The notes beneath the pieces are model-generated. The model worked only from the letters and a program-made list of their open reading frames with translations. It was not told the DNA's origin and did no database searches. A program made the position numbers and the translations under genes. A stretch of DNA of 60,048 bases from an uncultured Candidatus Saccharibacteria bacterium (lineage in GTDB: Bacteria > Patescibacteriota > Minisyncoccia > UBA6257 > GWB1-50-10), in contig CAZMFA010000001.1 of NCBI GenBank assembly GCA_964565515.1, positions 1 to 60,048 of the forward strand, in the 5' to 3' direction. Positions 53,000-60,048 of this stretch are shown here, in pieces. Position 1 is the stretch's first letter; each line of letters starts with the position of its first letter.

Positions 53000-54307
53000 A
53001 TGAGGTTTATGTTTGATTTTAAGGTTATAAAAAAAGACAAGGATTCCCATGCCAGAGTTGGTGTCATTGAGACGCCGCACGGCGCGGTCGAAACCCCCGC
53101 CTACACGATGGTCGGTACGAATGCTGCCGTCCGAACGCTTTCGCCGGAGGACATCACGGAAACGAAGACGCAGATCGTCATTGTGAACACCTACCATATG
53201 TGGAAGGACTTGGGTGACAAACTCGAGATGTTCGGTGGCTTGCATGAAAAGATGAAGTGGCAAGGGCCCCTCATGACCGACAGCGGCGGCTTCCAGGTTT
53301 TCAGTTTCGGCTTCGGCCGGGAACATAAAGTTGGAAAGGTGGCGAAAAAAATTTCCGAAACCATGCCGTCTCGAGGCGGCTCTCGGAGCGCCGACGAGCT
53401 CGGTATTCGCGAAGCGAATTCGGCGGCGCGAGAGCGCAGGTCGGCTTCGGCCGCCGGAGCCGGAGAACGACCGGCGACGAGAGAGGATATAGTTTCGGAA
53501 ATAGGAGGAGAAAATTTGGTGAGGGTAACGGAAGAAGGGGTTTATTTCTACGACGGCGAAGAGCGATTCCTGAATCCGGAGCTTTCCATGCACATCCAAG
53601 GAAAACTCGGCGCCGATATCATCTTCGCATTTGACGAGTGCACGTCGCCCTTGAATGATTACGAATATACGAAAGAAAGCATGGAACGGACGCATCGCTG
53701 GGCTCTGCGTTCGCTCGATGCGAAAGAAAGGAAAGATCAAGCGCTCTACGGCATCGTTCAAGGAGGCGAATTCAAGGACTTGCGGGAAGAAAGCGCGCGC
53801 GTGATCGGGGGAATGGCATTCGACGGTTTCGGCATTGGCGGATCGTTCGGTAAATCGGAGATGCTTAATGTCCTCGATTGGGTGACCCCGCTCCTCCCCG
53901 AAGGGCGTCCGCGCCATCTTTTGGGCATTGGAAGGATCGGCGATATTTTTGAAGGGGTGGAACGGGGCATCGACACGTTTGATTGTGTGATTCCGACGAG
54001 AGAAGCGCGGCACGGATCATTGTGGACGAACCAAGGGCGTTTCGATATTCGCAAGGGGAAGTATGCGGGCGACAAAAGCAGGATTCGGGACGACTGCTTG
54101 TGTCCGGTTTGTTCGCGGAACATCTTAAGGGGTGAGCTGCACGCTCTTTTCAAAGCCAAGGATCAGGAGGCGGGGAGGCTCGCGACGATCCACAACGTTT
54201 GGTTCTTTAATGAGCTTCTCGCAAAAATCAGAGAGGCGATCAAAGAAGGAACATTCAAGGAATTGAAGGAAGAAACTTTTGCCGTCCTCGCCCGTTATAA
54301 TAAGTAG
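53000..54307 (+). CDS. tgt: tRNA-guanine transglycosylase (queuine tRNA-ribosyltransferase) with a ~70-aa insertion
   Basis: ETPAYTMVGT, TDSGGFQVFS, FDECTSP, LLGIGRIGDI, Zn site CLCPVC...H. An alternative start at ATG 53009 is possible. Confidence 0.9.
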   Translation: MRFMFDFKVIKKDKDSHARVGVIETPHGAVETPAYTMVGTNAAVRTLSPEDITETKTQIVIVNTYHMWKDLGDKLEMFGGLHEKMKWQGPLMTDSGGFQVFSFGFGREHKVGKVAKKISETMPSRGGSRSADELGIREANSAARERRSASAAGAGERPATREDIVSEIGGENLVRVTEEGVYFYDGEERFLNPELSMHIQGKLGADIIFAFDECTSPLNDYEYTKESMERTHRWALRSLDAKERKDQALYGIVQGGEFKDLREESARVIGGMAFDGFGIGGSFGKSEMLNVLDWVTPLLPEGRPRHLLGIGRIGDIFEGVERGIDTFDCVIPTREARHGSLWTNQGRFDIRKGKYAGDKSRIRDDCLCPVCSRNILRGELHALFKAKDQEAGRLATIHNVWFFNELLAKIREAIKEGTFKELKEETFAVLARYNK

Positions 54308-54314
54308 GAGACCC

Positions 54315-55160
54315 ATGAAAAAGATCATTTTTTATATCTTGTTCGTTTCAGGTATTTCTTTCGCCTCTTTTTCTTCCGCAGCGGTCCTTTCAATCTCCGT
54401 TTCCAATGCCTACCCCGTTCAAGGCGATACGATACGGGTTGCGGTTTCGGGGAGTGCGAGCGTGCCGAAAACCGCGACCGTGGGGAGCGAGACGACGAAT
54501 TTTTTTCCGTATGGAGGAAAATACATTGCAGCGCTTGGGCTGAAAGTGACGGCTCCGACCGGCTGGCAAAAAATAACAATGCAGTTCGCGGATGGTGCAA
54601 CAAGGACGAAATGGATCGACGTTCTGAAGAAAAAAATAACGGTGGAGACATTCACCGTTCCTCCGGAGATTGGCATGACGCCGACCGAATTGGTCCAAAG
54701 TTTGAATGATGAAAATGCGGAACTCGACAAGATCTTGAATACCGTGACGCCGCAATCATATATCACCGGTGCATTCGGCTTGCCCCTCGCGAATAATACA
54801 CACATCACCGATTGGTACGGGATTTTGAGGAAGATGGGGAGCGAGGAATTCTGGCATCTCGGCACCGATTTCGCGGCGTCGGGCGGGAGCGCGGTCGGCG
54901 CCATGCAGGCCGGCATCGTCCGGTTCGCGACGTCGACCGTTTCGTACGGCAATATGGTCGTCGTTGACCACGGGGAGGGGATTTACTCGATGTATCTGCA
55001 CCTCGCGAAGATTTTGGCAGCGGTGGGGCAGGAGGTGAAAAAGGGGACGGTCATCGGCCTCGTCGGCGATACGGGACTTTCGACCGGCGACCACCTGCAT
55101 ATATCAATGAAGGTAAATGGCATTTCGGTGGACCCGCTCCGCTTCGTGAAGGTTTTCTAA
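54315..55160 (+). CDS. M23-family metallopeptidase (secreted)
   Basis: Signal peptide; HLGTDFAA, VVVDHGEGIYSMYLHL, GDTGLSTGDHLHISM. GGAG Shine-Dalgarno 5 nt upstream. Confidence 0.9.
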   Translation: MKKIIFYILFVSGISFASFSSAAVLSISVSNAYPVQGDTIRVAVSGSASVPKTATVGSETTNFFPYGGKYIAALGLKVTAPTGWQKITMQFADGATRTKWIDVLKKKITVETFTVPPEIGMTPTELVQSLNDENAELDKILNTVTPQSYITGAFGLPLANNTHITDWYGILRKMGSEEFWHLGTDFAASGGSAVGAMQAGIVRFATSTVSYGNMVVVDHGEGIYSMYLHLAKILAAVGQEVKKGTVIGLVGDTGLSTGDHLHISMKVNGISVDPLRFVKVF

Positions 55161-55179
55161 GAGAAACCCGCTTTGAGTC

Positions 55180-56202
55180 CTACTTCGTGAAGTAGAGGAA
55201 CTCGAGGACGATGAGGACGAACCAGCCGATTTGGAGCACAAACCATGCGATGAGTTCCACCCACTCGGCCCGATCTTTCGTCGAAACCGAAAAGTTCTCG
55301 ACGAGGGATGAATAAATATCCTCAAGCGAGTCAAGTTTTTCTTTGACGTCCCTCCGCCACTCACTGATCTTGAGTTTGCGGCTTGCGAGGTCGTAAAACC
55401 GGGCTGAGTACCATTCACCAATGAGCTTAATGTCCCGTTCCAGCGACTCGAATGCCGAAATCCACGTGAGGCGCCGATCAAGGATGTCCTTGGCCGCGTC
55501 GGAGACGGCCTTCGTCGAAGAGAACCACTTCTTTTCGCCGAGTTTTTTCATGATGTCTTGGATGTTCGCGAGCTGGTTGTCCAAGCGCTTGTCGAGGATC
55601 CGGTGGCGGAGGAGCTGAAGATTGGCAAGCATCAAAAGTTCCACAGCTAACCCGAAGTCGCCCTCGACGTCGAAGAGGAAGGCACCGTCCCAATCGATGA
55701 TCGAGAGATCGTGTTTGGCGTATTTAATCTGTGCAGAAAGCGTGTACTCGACTTCCTTCGGATCGAGATTGATGGTCTCCGATTTAAGGAGCGAAGCTAT
55801 CGTCGAAGCATGGACCAAAAATTGCTCCGGGTCGCCGACATATCCGGAAATCTCGAAGATCGAATACATTTCGCTCATATCCTCGCTGCCGCCCCACTTT
55901 TTGACGATTCGGTAACTTTCTTCGTACAATTTCGTTTCCCAGTCGCTCGTTTGCTCGCGGTCGAAGATGTTTTTGAGCTCGATTGAAGCTTGAATGACGA
56001 GAATATAGGGGATATAGCCGAGGATCGAAAAGGTCACTTCGCTCCCGCCGATCTTCTTTTTTTCTTCGCCGACAGTCACCAAGTGGGGGACGGACGAAGG
56101 AAAATAGTGCGGAGAGCTTTTTTGCGTTTCGGACTTGAAAACCTTCCCCCTCACTGCCTTGGGAACCTCGGAAAGTACGAGGGTCACCAGTTGATTTTTC
56201 AT
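55180..56202 (-). CDS. Hypothetical protein with a C-terminal TM anchor (possibly RMD1/DUF155-like)
   Basis: 340-aa ORF, coiled-coil segment, terminal WFVLQIGWFVLIVLEFLYF helix. The family assignment is tentative. Confidence 0.5.
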   Translation of the reverse strand: MKNQLVTLVLSEVPKAVRGKVFKSETQKSSPHYFPSSVPHLVTVGEEKKKIGGSEVTFSILGYIPYILVIQASIELKNIFDREQTSDWETKLYEESYRIVKKWGGSEDMSEMYSIFEISGYVGDPEQFLVHASTIASLLKSETINLDPKEVEYTLSAQIKYAKHDLSIIDWDGAFLFDVEGDFGLAVELLMLANLQLLRHRILDKRLDNQLANIQDIMKKLGEKKWFSSTKAVSDAAKDILDRRLTWISAFESLERDIKLIGEWYSARFYDLASRKLKISEWRRDVKEKLDSLEDIYSSLVENFSVSTKDRAEWVELIAWFVLQIGWFVLIVLEFLYFTK

Positions 56203-56227
56203 GTGCCTCTATTATAAACTATATCCG

Positions 56228-57532
56228 ATGTTCAATAAAATCAGCCCGAAGAGATTACTTTTCATCATCGCGATCATCGCAGTGGCGGCTGGCATTTTTG
56301 ACTATCAGCCACTGTGGGGAACGATCTCGAATTTCCGGCCTTGGAATCTCGGTCTGGATTTGGCGGGAGGAAGCGTCTTGACGTATGATATCAATCTCTC
56401 AAAAGTACCGCCGGCAGATGAACAGTCCGTCGTGAACGGTCTTCGGGATGTCATTGAAAAGAGGGTGAACCTCTTCGGCGTTTCCGAGCCCAAGGTTTAT
56501 GTTGAAACTGTGGGGACGAACGAACGGCTGGTCGTGGAACTTGCAGGCATCAAGGATGTCAATCAGGCCATTCAAGAAATCGGCGCAACGCCGTTCTTGG
56601 ATTTTCGAGAGGTTCAAGAAATTCCAGCGACGTCGACGGGGGCACTTTCAACCTCTTCCACGTCGACCCTTGCCGGCCAAAACCTCGCCTTCATTCCGAC
56701 CGACTTGAACGGCAGATATGTTGTCGGAGCTCAAATGTCTTTCAATTCGGTGACCAATCAGCCCCAAGTGGACATCGAGTTCAATTCGGAAGGCGCAACC
56801 TTGTTTCAAAACTTGACGGCAAAGAATGTCGGAAAACCCATTGCAATTTTTTTAGACGGCCAGTTGATCGAAATGCCGGTGGTTCAAGAGACGATAACCG
56901 GCGGGAAGGCCGAAATAACGGGGAACTTCACGGTTCAAACCGCTCAAACGCTCGTTGAGCGGTTCAATGCCGGCGCCCTTCCGGCCCCCATCACGCTCGT
57001 GAATCAGCAAACGATAAGCCCCAACTTCGGGAAAAACGCGCTCGATACGGCGATCTTGGCAGGCGTCATCGGGACTTTAGCGGTCATGGTCTTCATGCTC
57101 TTGTACTACAAGAAACTTGGCATCTTCGCATCGGTGGCTCTCCTTATCTATATCGCCATCACGCTCGCCATTTTCAAGATTGTGCCGGTCACGATGACTT
57201 TGTCGGGAATCGCCGGATTCATTCTTTCGATTGGCATGGCTGTCGACGCGAACGTTTTGGTCTTCGAGCGGACGAAAGAAGAGCTCCAGCGCGGCTTGAG
57301 CCATGCTTCCGCAGTCGAGGAAGGATTCAAGCGGGCATGGACATCCATTCGGGATTCGAACGTGTCAACTCTCATTACATCGGCCGTCCTTTACTATTTC
57401 ACGTCGAGCTTCGTGCAAGGTTTTGCCTTATCCCTTTTTATCGGCGTTCTCGTGAGCTTGTTTTCGGCCATCACTACTACGCGAACGCTCCTCAGGGTTT
57501 TTGAGAGTCGCGAAAAGAAACAAGTGGCATGA
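56228..57532 (+). CDS. secD: Protein translocase subunit SecD
   Basis: LGLDLAGG, periplasmic domain, and C-terminal 6-TM region with GIAGFILSIGMAVDANVLVFER. Confidence 0.9.
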   Translation: MFNKISPKRLLFIIAIIAVAAGIFDYQPLWGTISNFRPWNLGLDLAGGSVLTYDINLSKVPPADEQSVVNGLRDVIEKRVNLFGVSEPKVYVETVGTNERLVVELAGIKDVNQAIQEIGATPFLDFREVQEIPATSTGALSTSSTSTLAGQNLAFIPTDLNGRYVVGAQMSFNSVTNQPQVDIEFNSEGATLFQNLTAKNVGKPIAIFLDGQLIEMPVVQETITGGKAEITGNFTVQTAQTLVERFNAGALPAPITLVNQQTISPNFGKNALDTAILAGVIGTLAVMVFMLLYYKKLGIFASVALLIYIAITLAIFKIVPVTMTLSGIAGFILSIGMAVDANVLVFERTKEELQRGLSHASAVEEGFKRAWTSIRDSNVSTLITSAVLYYFTSSFVQGFALSLFIGVLVSLFSAITTTRTLLRVFESREKKQVA

Positions 57533-57655
57533 ATCCCGTTAGAAATCGCGTACGCGCATCATCACGAAGAAACAATATGGATAAAGAACTAATAAAAATG
57601 GTCAAAGGCAATATACGCAAAGCGCGTTCCGCGTATGCGTACTATTTCTAACGGG
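57533..57655. mobile_element. Copy D (123 bp) of the TIR element family, flanked by ATGA on both sides
   Basis: ATGA|ATCCCGTTAGAAATCGCGTACGC...GCGTATGCGTACTATTTCTAACGGG|ATGA. The 14-bp perfect TIR is ATCCCGTTAGAAAT/ATTTCTAACGGGAT. Sits between secD and secF. Confidence 0.65.
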
Positions 57656-58552
57656 ATGAAATTTTTGAACGTCGTAGAAAACAGAAAATACTATTTATCG
57701 TTCGCTGCCGTCATTGTTGCGGCGAGCTGGCTCGGCGTTATCTTCCTCGGCTTGAAGCCCGGGATCGATCTTTCGGGGGGAACCGAGTGGCAAGTTGCGT
57801 TCACCAGCGGAAATGTTTCGGTCTCTGAGGTACAATCGGCGCTTTCGTCCGCGGGGCTTCGGGAGCTCGCGGTGAGGAGCCTCGGGCCGAACCAATTCGA
57901 CGTCGAAACGCCGGAAATGAGCGAAGCCGACCATCAAAAATATGCCGATGTATTGAAGGCGAAAATCGGAAACTTCAACGACGAAAATTTTTCGAGTATC
58001 GGCCCCACGGTGGGAAGCGAGCTGGCGCACAAATCGATGACCGCCATCATCCTCGTTTTGGTCGGGATTTCGCTCTATATCGCGTACGCTTTTCGGAAAG
58101 TTTCGGAGCCGGTCAAATCGTGGAAGTACGGGTTGATAACGCTTGCGACGCTCGTCCACGACGTTTCCATTCCAGCGGGTTTTTTGGCGCTCCTCGGATT
58201 TTTCAAGGGCGTTGAAATAGATACCAACTTCATCGTGGCGCTTTTGGTCATTATGGGCTTTTCCGTTCACGATACCATCGTTGTTTTCGACCGGATCCGG
58301 GAAAATCTTTTGGTGGCTCGGGGAAAGAAGACCCCGCTTGCGGAGGTCATCGATTACAGCGTCCGGGAAACGTTTGCGAGGTCTGTAAACACGTCCTTCA
58401 CGCTCGTCTTGGTCCTTGTTGCGCTCATCGTATTCGGTCCGCAATCCCTCTTTTATTTCATCCTTACGATACTGATCGGTACTCTTTTTGGCACCTATTC
58501 TTCCATATTCGTCGCGAGCCCCCTTTTGTACCTTTGGCAGAAGAAAGACTAG
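57656..58552 (+). CDS. secF: Protein translocase subunit SecF
   Basis: MKFLNVVENRKYYLSF N-terminus, GIDLSGGTEW, FSVHDTIVVFDRIRE. The ORF track start at 57635 lies inside the element. Confidence 0.9.
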   Translation: MKFLNVVENRKYYLSFAAVIVAASWLGVIFLGLKPGIDLSGGTEWQVAFTSGNVSVSEVQSALSSAGLRELAVRSLGPNQFDVETPEMSEADHQKYADVLKAKIGNFNDENFSSIGPTVGSELAHKSMTAIILVLVGISLYIAYAFRKVSEPVKSWKYGLITLATLVHDVSIPAGFLALLGFFKGVEIDTNFIVALLVIMGFSVHDTIVVFDRIRENLLVARGKKTPLAEVIDYSVRETFARSVNTSFTLVLVLVALIVFGPQSLFYFILTILIGTLFGTYSSIFVASPLLYLWQKKD

Positions 58553-58581
58553 TTGACTACTTTTTAACCTTGTGGTAGAAT
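58553..58581 (+). promoter_or_regulatory. Promoter TTGACT-N17-(TGG)TAGAAT
   Basis: Consensus -35, extended -10, 17-nt leader to ATG 58599. Confidence 0.65.
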
Positions 58582-58598
58582 GATTTTGCAATAAATTC

Positions 58599-59615
58599 AT
58601 GAAAAACGTGAATGCCATCATTGATGATATTCTTTTAATCTTACCGCCCAAACAGCGGCGGATCATTGCCGGCCGGTTCGGTTTGAAGAATGGAAAAGTG
58701 GAAACACTTCAAGAAATCGGCGACGAAATCGGCATCACGCGGGAACGGGTGCGGCAAATCGAAGAACAAGCGCTGAAAAAAATCCGGGAAAAGACGAAGA
58801 CGGACGGAAAGGAAATCGTCGATTTCGCGAAAAAACACCTCCTTTCGGCAGGCGGCGTGAAGTTGGACGAAGATTTTTTAAATGATGTTCTGTACGGCTT
58901 GAAGATCGACGCAAAGACGAAAAATGCGAAAGAAAAAGTGCGCTTCATTCTCTTGGTTTCCAACGATCCGATGTATTCGCGGGAAGACGATAAGATGAGC
59001 GCTTACTGGTATGCAACGAACGATGCGCGGAAGAAATTTCTCGAATTCGTGAACGATATGACGAAGTTTTTGACGACGAAAGACAAAACGGCGATCTTGA
59101 CGAATAAATTGTATCTCGGACAATGCAAGGATCTTGCATCGTGCCATTTTCTCTCCATCCCGAAACATTTCGGCACGAATATCTTTGGAGATTTCGGCCT
59201 TAAGAATTGGCCGGAAATAGAGCCGAAGACGATCCGCGACAGGGTCTATTTGGTGTTGAGGAAGCATGGAGCGCCACTTCACTTCACGGACATCGCCAAG
59301 TATTCGTATAAGTACGGGTTGGACAAAAAAGTCCCGCATGTCCAGACGGTGCACAACGAACTCATCAAGGACCATCGCTTCGTTTTGGTCGGGAGGGGAA
59401 TGTATGCGCTCCGGGAGCACGGCTTCGAGCCGGGAACCGTGAAGGACGTCCTGGTGGACCTTTTGAAGAAAAACGGGCCTCAAAAAGTGGGCAAGATCAT
59501 CGAACTCGTGAAGGCTCAGCGGTTAGTGAAGGAAAACACCATCGTTTTGAATCTCCAAAACAAAAATCACTTCCAGAAAACGGAGGACGGCAAATTCTTC
59601 GTGAAAGAAGCGTAG
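58599..59615 (+). CDS. Sigma-70 region 4 HTH protein with a C-terminal HARE-HTH-like domain
   Basis: LPPKQRRIIAGRFGL..ETLQEIGDEIGITRERVRQIEEQALKKIR. C-terminal ..HGAPLHFTDIAKY.......VHNELIKDHRFVLVGRGMYAL. Confidence 0.7.
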   Translation: MKNVNAIIDDILLILPPKQRRIIAGRFGLKNGKVETLQEIGDEIGITRERVRQIEEQALKKIREKTKTDGKEIVDFAKKHLLSAGGVKLDEDFLNDVLYGLKIDAKTKNAKEKVRFILLVSNDPMYSREDDKMSAYWYATNDARKKFLEFVNDMTKFLTTKDKTAILTNKLYLGQCKDLASCHFLSIPKHFGTNIFGDFGLKNWPEIEPKTIRDRVYLVLRKHGAPLHFTDIAKYSYKYGLDKKVPHVQTVHNELIKDHRFVLVGRGMYALREHGFEPGTVKDVLVDLLKKNGPQKVGKIIELVKAQRLVKENTIVLNLQNKNHFQKTEDGKFFVKEA

Positions 59616-59654
59616 TAATCACGCGGGAAACGTAGTATAATTTCCCGTAAGGGA

Positions 59655-60048
59655 ATGCTGAAAGATATCGTCGGCGGTTTTGGTGACATCTTGAAAGATC
59701 TCTTCTCGACCTGGGAGATTTGGCTTGCCATTCTCGTCGCCGGGCTCATTGGGTCGTTCTTGGTGCCCTTTACCGGCCTCACATCCATTGGGGAGGCCCT
59801 TTTGTATTTTCTCGAGTATACATGGTGGTTGTGGGTTTTTATCATCCTCTTCAATTTGTTCAAAGAATTGTGGCTCCATTACAAGCGGGAGATGTATAAA
59901 AAATCCCTGAAGTGGATTCTCCTCGAACTTCGAGTTCCTCGAAACATCCAAAAGAGCCCCCAAGCGATGGAACAGGTTTTGACGGCCATCCACGCGCTCC
60001 GGAACGCTCCGTCCGATTTCAAGGAAAAATACATCGAAGGAGAAGTAA
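59655..60048 (+). CDS. Hypothetical membrane protein, 5' part only (runs off the window)
   Basis: Open frame from ATG 59655 to the window end. Two TM segments, then LELRVPRNIQKSPQAMEQVLTAIHAL. TATAAT at 59636..59641. Confidence 0.5.
   Translation, partial: MLKDIVGGFGDILKDLFSTWEIWLAILVAGLIGSFLVPFTGLTSIGEALLYFLEYTWWLWVFIILFNLFKELWLHYKREMYKKSLKWILLELRVPRNIQKSPQAMEQVLTAIHALRNAPSDFKEKYIEGEV

Noticed and set aside
1-60048. CRISPR arrays, rRNA genes, tmRNA, RNase P RNA, transposases or integrases, toxin-antitoxin systems or known defence systems.
   Set aside because: None was seen. There are no regularly spaced direct repeats. T-loop-like GGTTCGA motifs occur only in the two tRNAs. No GGAAAGTCCGG-type RNase P core is present. 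No recombinase, nuclease or defence-type protein motifs appear among the ORFs.

Overview
Gene-dense chromosomal fragment of about 50% GC, dominated by housekeeping genes. These include hisS, rpsU, ybeY, ftsA-ftsZ, class II RNR, tgt, secD-secF, DNA-repair glycosylases and a UvrD-type helicase. Also present are envelope and transport genes (two HlyD-adaptor pump clusters, a MacB-type ABC pump, MFS, NRAMP, a P-type ATPase, DsbA-VKOR, CcdA) and a small glycoside hydrolase/glycosyltransferase cluster. The gene content suggests a small-genome Patescibacteria/CPR (Parcubacteria-like) bacterium. That inference rests on a DUF5652 mini-protein, a sigma-region-4/HARE-HTH protein, DUF763, a low-complexity insertion in Tgt, and many orphan secreted or membrane proteins. 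No CRISPR array, rRNA, transposase, integrase or recognisable defence system was seen. Four things stand out. (1) A tRNA-Asn(GUU) gene is interrupted in its anticodon loop by a compact 184-nt group I (IC3-like) intron. (2) A family of four short elements with terminal inverted repeats always ends exactly at the start codon of the downstream gene; three copies are flanked by duplicated ATGA and carry read-through mini-ORFs. (3) A perfect 43-bp inverted duplication of a divergent promoter/operator region brackets a 1.1-kb rearranged segment that holds an ABC-ATPase gene remnant and one of two MGMT paralogs; the two paralogs share a 91-bp identical tract. (4) A strong promoter drives a structured RNA or leader peptide plus a terminator upstream of an orphan gene. 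Many genes have a -10 box 6-9 nt from the ATG, suggesting leaderless mRNAs. All product calls come from motif recognition by eye, with no database search.
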